From NCBI GenBank assembly GCA_965213625.1, contig CBDBZU010000004.1:2407356-2471355 (forward strand): a stretch of 64,000 nucleotides of DNA, given 5' to 3'. The position numbers and the translations under genes were made by a program. Origin of the DNA: a bacterium. Its GTDB lineage: Bacteria > UBA8248. The notes under the pieces are model-generated. The model worked only from the letters and a program-made list of their open reading frames with translations. It made no database searches and was not told the DNA's origin. Positions within the stretch are counted from its first letter, which is position 1; each line of letters opens with the position of its first letter. Below are positions 15,944 to 25,420 of the stretch, piece after piece.

Positions 15944-17377
15944 CTATTCCTCTCTCATGGAGCGGCTGTAAAAATCCGTTATCGGCTTGGCGAGATAACT
16001 GATTAGCGAGCGTTGCCCGGTTTGTATGTGCACCTCCACAGGCATGCCGGGCGTGAGGGCCAGTCGACCGAGCAGCGCTTTCGATCCCAGCCGCTCATTT
16101 GTCGATTCAGCGGAAGAGTCGGCCTCTTCTGAAGAAGTTCCCGTCATCCAACGAATAAAATCAATGAATGAGTCTTTTGTATCGACGGCTTTTTTGGTTG
16201 CGCCATCCGCTCCGTTCGGGTTCTCGCCCATGGAGAGATCGATTTCGTACCACGAAAGGCCGCTTCTCGGGTCGGTCACCGCATCTACCGAAACGCGAAT
16301 CACGTGTCCGGGGAATTCCGGCGTCACTCGCGCAGGGAAGGAGGAAAACCGAAGCCGCGCCTCCTGCCCTGGGTACACCTGATCCACGTGAATCGGATTG
16401 AGCCTGGCCATCACCACCAGACCAGAGTCCTCCGGCACCACGTAGAGAATCGGCTCGCCCGAGCGCACGACCTCGCGCGGAGCGACAACCTTCATGCCGA
16501 ACACTCTGCCGGAGACCGGCGCGCGCACCTCCGTGCGGCTGAGACGCCCCCGCACCGATGCGAGTCGCTCGAAAATCTGGTTCTCCTGGGCTTTCGCCTG
16601 GCGGACCAACTGCTCCGCTTCTTCGATCCGGCGCGTATCGACCCGGAGTATCTGGATCTCCAACTCCGAGATGCGGCCCCTGGCGCTGGCGATGGAGGCG
16701 TCGTTCGTACCCGTCAGTCCATCGATGTTCTTCGCGGCGCGCTCGAGCGCAAGGAGCCTGTCGAGCGAGGTCAGCCCCTGGTCGAACAATTTGCGATACG
16801 CCTTGAGTTGGCGAAAGATGAGTTCTTTTTGTTCCTCCAGCGATAAGGCCCGCGCTTCGAGTCCCTGGATCTCCTTACGCGTCTGGTCGATGCGCTCACG
16901 AAGCTGCGACACCTCGCCGCTTCGCGACGCCGCCCGCGCGCGGAAGAGCCTCTCATGACCGTCGAGTATTTCCCGCACACGCACGTCGCTCGCAGCGAGT
17001 TCGGCGATATCCTTCTCCCAGGCGATCGCGTCCGCACCCTTAAGTTCCGCTTCCAGTCGGTTGCGCCGGGCCACGAGCTCGGCGTATTCCGATGCGAGGA
17101 TCGCCTCCTCGGAACGCAGAAGCGAGGCATCGAAGCGAAGCAGAATGTCGTTTTTCTTCACGGCATCGCCGTCTCGAACGTAAATCCGGCTCACCGTGCC
17201 GCCGTCGATATGTTCAACCACCTGGTTGTGGCTCTCGACTCCGAGGCGACCGGAAGCGATTACGGCGCCCGAGAGCGAGGCGAATACACTCCAGCCGACG
17301 AGCCCGCCTCCCATCAAAATCATCGTCATGAAACCCATGTAGAGCGCCTTGCGCGGCGAAAATCGCTTATTGCTCAT
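15944..17377 (-). CDS. HlyD-family type I secretion periplasmic adaptor
   Basis: Short N-terminus, a single TM, long coiled-coil and a C-terminal barrel. 'HNQVVEHIDGGTVSRIYVRDGDAVKKNDILLRFD' is the typical lipoyl-like motif. It overlaps the ABC stop (ATGA). Confidence 0.85.
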   Translation of the reverse strand: MSNKRFSPRKALYMGFMTMILMGGGLVGWSVFASLSGAVIASGRLGVESHNQVVEHIDGGTVSRIYVRDGDAVKKNDILLRFDASLLRSEEAILASEYAELVARRNRLEAELKGADAIAWEKDIAELAASDVRVREILDGHERLFRARAASRSGEVSQLRERIDQTRKEIQGLEARALSLEEQKELIFRQLKAYRKLFDQGLTSLDRLLALERAAKNIDGLTGTNDASIASARGRISELEIQILRVDTRRIEEAEQLVRQAKAQENQIFERLASVRGRLSRTEVRAPVSGRVFGMKVVAPREVVRSGEPILYVVPEDSGLVVMARLNPIHVDQVYPGQEARLRFSSFPARVTPEFPGHVIRVSVDAVTDPRSGLSWYEIDLSMGENPNGADGATKKAVDTKDSFIDFIRWMTGTSSEEADSSAESTNERLGSKALLGRLALTPGMPVEVHIQTGQRSLISYLAKPITDFYSRSMREE

Positions 17378-19629
17378 GACGCATTACCCTGATTCGCCGG
17401 ATTGCCGGAAACATCCCCGCTCGTCTGCGGCGCGGGGCTTGCATCCGTATCTCCACCAGTATTATCGTCCGGAGGTTCAGCCGAGCCGCTCACCCGCTCA
17501 ACGGCTTGAGCAATCAGTTCTTCACGCCCACGACCGGATCGAGAAACCTTGCCGGGGGGAGCAGGTCCGGGCGAGGGAGTTTGCTGTCCATCACGCGCAC
17601 CTGGACGCATATGCGCGCTCTGATCCCGCTCGATAGGCGCCCGCGGCGTTTCGCTTTCATCCGGGTTTTTGGGAGGAGTTGCTTCCCTCACCCGCGCGAT
17701 GGCGCCGGCGATTTGCTCTTCGCGCCCACGAACGATACGCACGGACGGAGGCTGGTTTTTTCCCCCTCCAGGCGCAGGACGCGCCGGAGCTCTTTTACCC
17801 GCCGGCGGAGCCTGGCGCGCAGGCCGTCCTTCTCTTTGTTGTGCGCTGCCTCTCGCGGGAGGCAGCGCCGGTTGCCGTCCGGGCGCGGCCTGCTGCGCGC
17901 CTTGGCCTTGACTCCGGGGTTTTTGCTGCTCGCCGCCCGCCTGCAGTTGGCGCACTGGCGCAGAGCGGCCCTTATCTCCTCCCGTCGCCGGGACGGGCCG
18001 CCCGTTCTCCATCACGTACACCGTGTCGCATTGAGCGAACGCGCCGTGGCGATGCGCCACGATGAGGGCCGTTCCGCCGCGTTTTTTCTGGTTTTCGACC
18101 GCGCGGGCGAGGGCCATGGTGCCGTCGGCGTCGAGGTTGGAGTCGGGCTCGTCCATCACCACCACGGCGGGGGAGCCGTAAAATGCCCGGGCCAGCGCGA
18201 TCCGCTGGCGTTGCCCGCCTGAGAGGGCGCCGCCGCCGGCGGACACCTGGAAATCGTACCCGCCCGGGAGTTCGAGTATCATCTCGTGCGCTCCGGTGCG
18301 CTTCGCCGCGTCGACGATGTCCTCGTCTTTCGCGCCGGGTAAGAAGCGGGAGATGTTCTCCGCCACGGTCCCGTCGAAGAGAACGACCTCCTGGGGGAGA
18401 TAGCCGACATAGTTGCCCAGATCTTCGCCGTACTGTTCGAGTTCCGCACCGTCGAGGCGCACCGAACCCGCAATGGGCCGCCAAACGCCTGCGAGCGCGC
18501 GCGCGAATGTGGATTTGCCAGCCGCGGAGCGGCCTGCGATTCCCGCCGCCTGTCCCGGTTCAAGGCGAAGCGCCGCGCCGCGCACAGCCGCCACTTTCGC
18601 ACCCGGCGCAGCGACCATAAGGCCCTCCGCTTCGAGTATTGCGCGAGGAGCGGGCAGCTTGGTGCGTTCGATATCGGGCGGCATGTCGGCCAGAAGGGCG
18701 GCGAGCGAACGCCATGCGGCAATTGCGCGCTGGAGCGTGGGCCAGTGGCCCACCGCCTGATCGATGGGCGCGAGCGCCCGGCCCAGCAGAATGGAGCCCG
18801 CAATCATCACGCCGGGCGTGAGTTCGCCATAAATCACGAGCATCGCGCCGAGCCCGAGCATCATCGACTGGAGGAACAGGCGCAGCGTCTTCGACAACAC
18901 GCTGAAAAAACCGTTTCTGTCCGAGGCCGCCAGCGTCCTGTCGAGAACGATGTCGCGCAACCCGGCCGAGCGCGACACGATGGCGCTCTGCATGCCGAGC
19001 CCCTGCACGGTTTCACCGCCCGCGCGCATCTGTTCGATGAAGGTGGCGGAGCGGGCGCTCGCCTCACCGACCTCGAGCTGGATGCCTGACGTTCCCGCCT
19101 GATTGAGGAGTGCGATTCCGCCGAGCAAAACGCCCGAGAAAACTGCCAGGAGTCCAAGCATCCAGTGGAACGAAAACAGCACGAAGAGGAACACCGGCGT
19201 CCATGGCGCATCGAAGAAGGCGAAGGGCCCCGAACCCGAGGCGAAGCGCTGAATCGCCTCGAGATCGCGAAGCCCCGTCGCTGGCCGCGAGCGTTCTGCG
19301 GGAGAGACCGAGCGGGAGAGAATGGCTCTTAGCACGCGCGAATCGAGACGCGCCTGCAGCCGCGCGCCCACCCGGGCGAGAACCCTGCCCCGCGCGTGGT
19401 CGAGCACGCCCATAATCAAGAAGAGGAACGCCACGATGACGACCAGCGCCACCAGCGTCGCCATGGAGCGCGAGCCGAGCACCCGGTCGTAGACCTGGAG
19501 CATGAACAGTGGGCCCGTGAGCATCAACAGGTTCACGATCACGCTGAAAAAGCCGCATGAGATCAGAAGCCAGCGGCTCTCGGTGAGCACGGCGCGGATC
19601 TCTTTTTCGCCGGTTTTGCCCTGCGCCAT
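17374..19629 (-). CDS. PrtD/HasD-type type I secretion ABC permease/ATPase with 205-aa low-complexity C-terminal extension
   Basis: TMD with 'LQVYDRVL', Walker A 'GRSAAGKST', signature 'LSGGQRQR' and Walker B 'VVVMDEPDSNLD'. It has no C39 domain. The ORF continues ~615 nt beyond the NBD. The start is ATG 19629 or GTG 19638. Confidence 0.85.
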   Translation of the reverse strand: MAQGKTGEKEIRAVLTESRWLLISCGFFSVIVNLLMLTGPLFMLQVYDRVLGSRSMATLVALVVIVAFLFLIMGVLDHARGRVLARVGARLQARLDSRVLRAILSRSVSPAERSRPATGLRDLEAIQRFASGSGPFAFFDAPWTPVFLFVLFSFHWMLGLLAVFSGVLLGGIALLNQAGTSGIQLEVGEASARSATFIEQMRAGGETVQGLGMQSAIVSRSAGLRDIVLDRTLAASDRNGFFSVLSKTLRLFLQSMMLGLGAMLVIYGELTPGVMIAGSILLGRALAPIDQAVGHWPTLQRAIAAWRSLAALLADMPPDIERTKLPAPRAILEAEGLMVAAPGAKVAAVRGAALRLEPGQAAGIAGRSAAGKSTFARALAGVWRPIAGSVRLDGAELEQYGEDLGNYVGYLPQEVVLFDGTVAENISRFLPGAKDEDIVDAAKRTGAHEMILELPGGYDFQVSAGGGALSGGQRQRIALARAFYGSPAVVVMDEPDSNLDADGTMALARAVENQKKRGGTALIVAHRHGAFAQCDTVYVMENGRPVPATGGDKGRSAPVRQLQAGGEQQKPRSQGQGAQQAAPGRQPALPPARGSAQQREGRPARQAPPAGKRAPARPAPGGGKNQPPSVRIVRGREEQIAGAIARVREATPPKNPDESETPRAPIERDQSAHMRPGARDGQQTPSPGPAPPGKVSRSGRGREELIAQAVERVSGSAEPPDDNTGGDTDASPAPQTSGDVSGNPANQGNAS

Positions 19630-20179
19630 TCCAGCCACCTGATAGTCACCTCACGTTATCGTCGACGGAATCGGCGCCTTTTCCCCACGCGAACCGCCGC
19701 CACCCCGGAAGTGTCAAAACCTCGAGCGCCCCGGTCGAGCCGCCCGGCTATTCGAGTTTCCTCCGGGTTCTCGCGGACCGAACCAATGGGATCAACCCGG
19801 TTCGTGATGTTTCGCGAACGCACCGCGATTCACTCGTGTCAATCTATCAAAGGAAGGTTTTCAGCTTCCCTATGCCTCGTGTGTGCCATCTTCGTCGCAA
19901 CTTTAGTAAAAGCTTAACAAGGATACTTAATAAATACCAGAAATCTTCGTGGAAGTTGACGGGTTTATTCCCGGTGAGGGTCGTTCATCTTCGCTTAGTG
20001 GATCGTAAATTGCGCAACCGGGAAGAAATCAGACGTCGGTCCGACCCGGTCGCCCGGGGGTGGCGGGAGTTTTCATGAATGTGCTTTCGGTGAGATTGAA
20101 GATTTTGGAATGCGGATTCCGGGAGGGAGCGGAGAAATAATCAGCCGGTGAATTTCCACTGCTCACGGGAGCGGATCGG

Positions 20180-20225
20180 TTCATTAAAATTTCGATAAAT
20201 ATCGCTAAAATTCGATAAATTCACG
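20180..20225. promoter_or_regulatory. AT-rich motif with two TTCGATAAAT boxes 20 bp apart, shared with 63776-63810
   Basis: TTCATTAAAATTTCGATAAATATCGCTAAAATTCGATAAATTCAC. About 27/30 nt are identical to 63782-63810. It lies ~550 bp upstream of the T1SS ABC start. Confidence 0.4.
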
Positions 20226-20374
20226 GGGTATTTCTGTAAATTAACGGGAGGAAAATCGGCGGGATCAGTTACCCGCGCGAGACGCACCATACCGCGTCCA
20301 GGTAGGCTCCCAGGCATCGCAATTGCGGGCAGATGCGCCCGAATAGAAGAAGAAAAAAGGTTAGGTATATAGAT

Positions 20375-20908
20375 TTATCGTACTGTATTCATATTAGTTA
20401 GGCGTTTCTTTAAGGCGGGAAGAAAACCGCCGAGCTCGACGATCTCTCGCAGCGCCTCCGGCAGCGGCTCCGAAGCGCAGGTTACGCCTCGGGTCAGGTT
20501 CTCGACCTCTCCTGTACCGAAGTCGACGCGGAGTTCATCCCCGTCCTCGACATACGCGCCTATATCATTGAAAAAAGGGAGGGTAGGCAACCCTGCCGCT
20601 ACGATCATCCGGTAGGTGAAATGGGGAACGCTCTCCGCGATGAGGCCGACTCCCAGGCCGGCCATGCCCAGAAGGCCGTATATGTGAGGGTTCCCCTGGC
20701 CGAACCGCTTTCCCGCCACCACGATGTCGCCCGGTTTCGCGCGCTCGGGGAAATCGGGGATAATGTTCGTAAATACATGTATTTTCAGGTATTCCGGGTC
20801 CGAAACGCGCACGCCCTCAACGAAGACCTTAGCGAATTCGAGGATGTCGTCGTCGAGAGAGAGGTTGTCCCCGAATTTCCAGCAGCGCCCCTGCATCGTC
20901 CAGTTCAA
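20375..20908 (-). CDS. aconitase-family small subunit (LeuD-like swivel domain)
   Basis: 'GRCWKFGDNLSLDDDI' and 'GDIVVAGKRFGQGNPH' are LeuD-like. The TTG start at 20908 has GAGGAG 6 nt upstream. Confidence 0.75.
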   Translation of the reverse strand: MNWTMQGRCWKFGDNLSLDDDILEFAKVFVEGVRVSDPEYLKIHVFTNIIPDFPERAKPGDIVVAGKRFGQGNPHIYGLLGMAGLGVGLIAESVPHFTYRMIVAAGLPTLPFFNDIGAYVEDGDELRVDFGTGEVENLTRGVTCASEPLPEALREIVELGGFLPALKKRLTNMNTVR

Positions 20909-20918
20909 GATGCGCTCC

Positions 20919-22178
20919 TCATGCGAGATAATCCCTGGGGTCCGCTATCTCGCCCCTCACGGCAGAGGCCGCCACAGTGGCCGCGCTGGCGAGGTAGATA
21001 CGGGCCTCACGACTACCCATCCTCCCCACGTCGTTTCGCGTCACCGTGGCGATGCAGGTTTCCCCGTCCGCCAGCGGTCCTCCCCTGCCGATGGCGCAGG
21101 GGCCGCATCCGGGCGGGCCCACCATGGCGCCCGCCTCACAGAAAACGTCCATCAAACCATCTTCTACGCAGCGGGCGAGCACCTCCTGGCTGCCGGGCGT
21201 CACGATCATCCTCACGCCAGGCGCGAGCTTTTTCCCGCGCAGAATCCGGGCGGCTTCGGCCATATCCTCATACTGGTCCGCCGCGCACGACCCCAGATAT
21301 GCGGCATGAATCGGCATCCCGAGTGCCTCTCCCAGCGGGGCCACGTTCTCGGGTCTCGGCGGAAGCGCTATGGTGGGCTCCATCCCGGAGAGGTTGAACG
21401 CGTAAGTTTCTGTAAATGCGGCGTCTGGGTCGCTTCTCGTGGCTTCAAAGCCGTCTATATTTCTCTCGCGCATCCATGCCGCGACGACGTCATCGGCGGG
21501 GATGATGGCGCTTTTCGCACCGATCTCTATCGGCAGGTTGCAGAGCTTGACGCGCGCGTCGACTCCCAGATGGGCGAGAGCCTCCCCGGTGTACTCGAAG
21601 ACGCGGTAATCGGCTGTATCCGGGCCGATTTCGTGAATGATGTGGGCGGCGGCATCGCGGATTCCCACACCCGGCGGGAGTTTTCCGCTCAGATCGATTC
21701 GAATCGTCTCGGGCGCCTTGAGCCAATGGCTACCGGTAGCGAGTACGGCAGGGAACTCGAAGACGAGCGCGAGGCCGAGACAACCCACCGCGCCATAGTT
21801 CGTGACGTGGATGTCATAGGCCAGTACACATTCACCGGGTTTGATAAGGCCGATTTCCATAGGAAAAACATGGCCTTGCCCGCGGCCCGGCCCGAAAAAA
21901 TACTTCACCCCCCAGCGTTTGACGATCCCTCTTATCTGCTTGGCGCGATTCGCGACGGCGACGGTTTGCGGGATCGTGTCGTGATCGAAGCATACGAACA
22001 CGCGCTCCGGGTCCCAGGGGCGTTCCACGCCGAGTTCGGTAAGTTGGCGGTCGGCTTCCACGACATAGAGGTCGTGAATCGTCGCCAAATCGGCCTCCGG
22101 GTAGACGATTTCCCCAGCGCGCAATTCGTCTCGGCCCGAGGCTTTGGCCATGATTTTTTCTGTCAGGGTCATGCCCAT
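20919..22178 (-). CDS. aconitase-family large subunit (LeuC/homoaconitase-like dehydratase)
   Basis: 'MGMTLTEKI', 'VCFDHDTIP' and cluster Cys residues in 'LGSCAA' and 'PGCGPCAIG'. The internal ATG 22178 is taken as the start. Confidence 0.8.
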   Translation of the reverse strand: MGMTLTEKIMAKASGRDELRAGEIVYPEADLATIHDLYVVEADRQLTELGVERPWDPERVFVCFDHDTIPQTVAVANRAKQIRGIVKRWGVKYFFGPGRGQGHVFPMEIGLIKPGECVLAYDIHVTNYGAVGCLGLALVFEFPAVLATGSHWLKAPETIRIDLSGKLPPGVGIRDAAAHIIHEIGPDTADYRVFEYTGEALAHLGVDARVKLCNLPIEIGAKSAIIPADDVVAAWMRERNIDGFEATRSDPDAAFTETYAFNLSGMEPTIALPPRPENVAPLGEALGMPIHAAYLGSCAADQYEDMAEAARILRGKKLAPGVRMIVTPGSQEVLARCVEDGLMDVFCEAGAMVGPPGCGPCAIGRGGPLADGETCIATVTRNDVGRMGSREARIYLASAATVAASAVRGEIADPRDYLA

Positions 22179-22364
22179 GGCGAATCCTGTCCCTAAATGG
22201 AGAGAAACGAGACTAGCACCGGCCTGGAACGCGGACAAGGATGAATCATCCTGCCCAGCCGCGCAATAAGAGGCGGAATTTGTTACAATGATTTTTTTTG
22301 CGATCAAAGCAAATTATGTGGATATGATTGATAAACGAAGAGTTTTCGGTTTGGAGGAAATGGC

Positions 22365-24260
22365 ATGGGTTACGCAGAAGTTCACGGTCGCTCCCTCTCG
22401 GATGCGCAGGCGTTCTGGGCGGAGGTCGCGGAGGATATCCATTGGTACAAGAAGTGGGACAAGGTGCTCGATGACTCGAACCCGCCCTTTTACCGCTGGT
22501 TCTCTGGAGGCGAGGTCAACACCTGCTACAACGCTGTCGATAGGCACGTCGAGGAGGGACGCGGGGATCAACTCGCCCTGATATACGACACACCCATCAC
22601 GGGTGAACCCACTCAGAAGATTACCTACGGGGAATTGCAGCACAAGGTGGCGCATTTCGCCGGCGCTCTCAAGGCCCAGGGGGTGGAAAAGGGTGATCGC
22701 GTCATCATCTACATGCCGATGGTGCCCGAAGCCGCCATCGCCATGCTGGCCTGCGCGCGCATCGGCGCGGTGCACTCGGTCGTTTTCGGCGGATTCGCGC
22801 CGAACGAACTGGCCACACGCATCGAAGACGCGAAACCCAAGCTCATGATATCCGCCTCGTGCGGGGTCGAACCATCGGGCGTCATCGCCTACAAGCCCCT
22901 GCTCGATGAAGCGATTAACTTATCCAGCACGAAGCCTGAAAAGTGCATCATCTTACAGCGCTCCCAGGTAGAGGCGGAACTCATCGAGGGACAAGACATC
23001 GAGTGGAGCGATTCGCTCGAAGGCGTAGAGCCTGCGGACTGCGTGCCCGTCGCCGCTACGGATCCGTTGTATATCCTCTACACCTCGGGCACGACGGGCG
23101 AGCCCAAGGGCGTGGTGCGGGACAACGGCGGCCACATGGTGGCGCTCAAGTGGTCGATGAGAAACGTGTACGACGTGTCGCCGGGTCAGGTGTTCTGGGC
23201 GGCGTCCGACGTCGGCTGGGTGGTTGGGCATTCCTATATCGTATACGCGCCGCTGGTGCATGGCTGCACCACTATCCTCTTCGAAGGCAAGCCCGTGGGC
23301 ACGCCCGACGCAGGCGTATTCTGGCGAATCATCTCCGAGCACGGTGTGGAAGTCTTCTTCACCGCGCCCACGGCGTTCCGTGCGATCAAGCGAGACGACC
23401 CCGACGCCGAACTCATGAGAAATTACGACCTCAGCCGTTTCCGCATTCTTTTCCTGGCCGGGGAGCGCTCGGACTCGGATACCATCCAGTGGGCGGAGGA
23501 GCATCTCCAGGTGCCGGTCATCGACCATTACTGGCAGACGGAGACCGGCTGGCCGATGCTGGCGAATCCCATGGGTATCGAGCACATGCCCGTCAAGTAC
23601 GGCTCTCCTTCGAAGGCGGTGCCCGGCTATGATTTCAAGGTGCTCGACAGCGAGTGCCGCGAGCTGGGCGCGGGAGAAATGGGCGCGCTGTGCGTCAGTC
23701 TTCCCCTGCCACCCGGGTGTCTGCCAACGCTGTGGAACGCGGACGACCGCTACATCGACTCCTATCTGAGCGAATACCCGGGCTTCTACAAGACGGGCGA
23801 TGCCGGATACATGGATGCGGAGGGCTACGTCTACGTGATGTCGAGGACGGACGACATCATCAACGTGGCGGGCCACAGGCTCTCCACGGGCGCGATGGAA
23901 GAGGTCCTCTCGACCCACCCCGCCGTGGCCGAGTGCGCAGTCATCGGCGTGAAGGACCAGCTCAAGGGCCAGCTCCCGCTTGGCTTCCTGGTGCTCAAGG
24001 CGGGTGTGGAGAAGGAAAACGAAGAAATCGTCACCGAGGTGGTGCAACTTGTTCGAAGTCAAATTGGCGCGGTGGCCTCCTTCCGCCAGGCGACGGTGGT
24101 GAAACGCCTGCCCAAGACGCGCTCGGGCAAGATTCTGCGGGGAACGATGTCGAACATCGCCGATGGCGAGGAATACAAGATGCCGGCCACAATCGACGAC
24201 CCGGCCATCCTGCCCGAGATAACAGAAGCCCTCGCCGGGCTGGGGTATCCCTTCGACTAG
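22365..24260 (+). CDS. prpE: propionate--CoA ligase-like acyl-CoA synthetase
   Basis: Collinear, near full-length similarity to PrpE as I remember it: 'NPPFYRWFSGGEVNTCYNAVDRH', 'LYTSGTTGEPKG', 'DVGWVVGHSYIVYAPL' and 'LPKTRSGKILR'. Confidence 0.75.
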   Translation: MGYAEVHGRSLSDAQAFWAEVAEDIHWYKKWDKVLDDSNPPFYRWFSGGEVNTCYNAVDRHVEEGRGDQLALIYDTPITGEPTQKITYGELQHKVAHFAGALKAQGVEKGDRVIIYMPMVPEAAIAMLACARIGAVHSVVFGGFAPNELATRIEDAKPKLMISASCGVEPSGVIAYKPLLDEAINLSSTKPEKCIILQRSQVEAELIEGQDIEWSDSLEGVEPADCVPVAATDPLYILYTSGTTGEPKGVVRDNGGHMVALKWSMRNVYDVSPGQVFWAASDVGWVVGHSYIVYAPLVHGCTTILFEGKPVGTPDAGVFWRIISEHGVEVFFTAPTAFRAIKRDDPDAELMRNYDLSRFRILFLAGERSDSDTIQWAEEHLQVPVIDHYWQTETGWPMLANPMGIEHMPVKYGSPSKAVPGYDFKVLDSECRELGAGEMGALCVSLPLPPGCLPTLWNADDRYIDSYLSEYPGFYKTGDAGYMDAEGYVYVMSRTDDIINVAGHRLSTGAMEEVLSTHPAVAECAVIGVKDQLKGQLPLGFLVLKAGVEKENEEIVTEVVQLVRSQIGAVASFRQATVVKRLPKTRSGKILRGTMSNIADGEEYKMPATIDDPAILPEITEALAGLGYPFD

Positions 24261-24295
24261 GCGGCGCCGAGGATTTATGAATGCACAGCCGTCAG

Positions 24296-24324
24296 GGTGA
24301 CGTTCCCCAGTCACCAGGTTTTTT
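24296..24324 (+). terminator. rho-independent terminator
   Basis: GGTGAC-gttcccca-GTCACC followed by AGGTTTTTT, 36 nt after the prpE stop. Confidence 0.7.
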
Positions 24325-24481
24325 CGCCGGATGCGTTTTCGTGCGCCTGCACCAGGATCGGCCGGAATCAATTCGCGGGTAATTCTCTGGATTTCGGGTT
24401 CAGCGCGAGGGGGAGAGTGGGTGTGATACTCGCCCCCGGCTGCCGTATCGCGCAGCGCCGCTCGCACCTTCCTTTTGTGGG

Positions 24482-25384
24482 GTGATTTTGCTCAAATCCT
24501 TAGACCCGAACCTCCTGTCTTTCATCGCGGCGTTTTTCGTCGCCATCTCTCAGGTATTCTATCGAAAAGCGTTGATCCACATCGGACCCGCGATTGCGGC
24601 CATCGCGATGAACGTTCTCTCCGCGATGTTGGCGAGCGTGCTCTACCTCGCTTGGGACGAAAGCGTTACATGGCACTTAAAGGGTGTCATGTGGTACATG
24701 CTCATCGGCCTGTTCGGGAGTTCGGTCGGGCGGTACATGATTTTCGGCTCGATGCGCCTGATCGGCCTGGCGCGAACGCAGATTATGGTGCAGTCGGTTC
24801 TGGTGTGGTCGGCGCTCATGGGGGTGTTCATTCTGGGCGAGCGGTTCTCGTCGGGCGTAGCCGTCGGTACGCTGGCGATCATGATCGGGGCAATTCTTCT
24901 CGTCTACAAAAGAGAGTACTCCAAAAGAGAATCGGGTGAGAATGATGTTTCACTCCTTTACTTTCTCGTTCCGGTAATCGCCTCCTTCCTGTTTTCCCTT
25001 ACGTTTGTTTTCAGAAAATACGCCCTCCTCCTCATACCTTCTGAATCTTTGGGAATTGCGATTTCCACCACCACTGCGTCTGTCCTGCTCCTTCTCGCCA
25101 TGCCGTTCACGAAGGAAGAAGGAGGGATGAAAGGCTGGAGCCTCAGAGGACTGGTGACGATAGCCTGCGGGGTTCTCGCGAATATAATCGCCGCCCTCTG
25201 CTTCTGGACGGCGTTCAGGGAGGGGGAGGTAGTGCAGGTGATACCCATCAACCGCCTCTCCGTCTTGTGGGTCATCGTCTTCTCCTGGTTTTTTCTGAAA
25301 AAACAGGAGAGCGTCACGCTGCGCATCGTGATAGGCGGCGTCCTGTCCGTGGTGGGCGCGTTTGCGATTGCGTGGGGGAAGTAA
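24482..25384 (+). CDS. DMT-superfamily (EamA-like) transporter
   Basis: 300-aa ORF with about 10 hydrophobic helices and two EamA-like halves. GTG start. Confidence 0.7.
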   Translation: MILLKSLDPNLLSFIAAFFVAISQVFYRKALIHIGPAIAAIAMNVLSAMLASVLYLAWDESVTWHLKGVMWYMLIGLFGSSVGRYMIFGSMRLIGLARTQIMVQSVLVWSALMGVFILGERFSSGVAVGTLAIMIGAILLVYKREYSKRESGENDVSLLYFLVPVIASFLFSLTFVFRKYALLLIPSESLGIAISTTTASVLLLLAMPFTKEEGGMKGWSLRGLVTIACGVLANIIAALCFWTAFREGEVVQVIPINRLSVLWVIVFSWFFLKKQESVTLRIVIGGVLSVVGAFAIAWGK

Positions 25385-25420
25385 AAGGGAGTTTCACCAC
25401 TTGATGTGTGAGCGTCCGGC

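Noticed and set aside
19640-20375. Small ORFs in the T1SS leader as candidate secreted peptides. These are the + strand 68-aa and 80-aa track ORFs, plus minus-strand ORFs of 51 aa (from 20184) and 49 aa (from 20290) that I translated by hand.
   Set aside because: None has a Shine-Dalgarno sequence. Their composition is unremarkable or odd, and they have no Gly-rich, acidic or double-glycine features. The apparent peptide similarity to the right-end locus (NLSNF.DI) is explained by DNA-level motif conservation that includes an indel.
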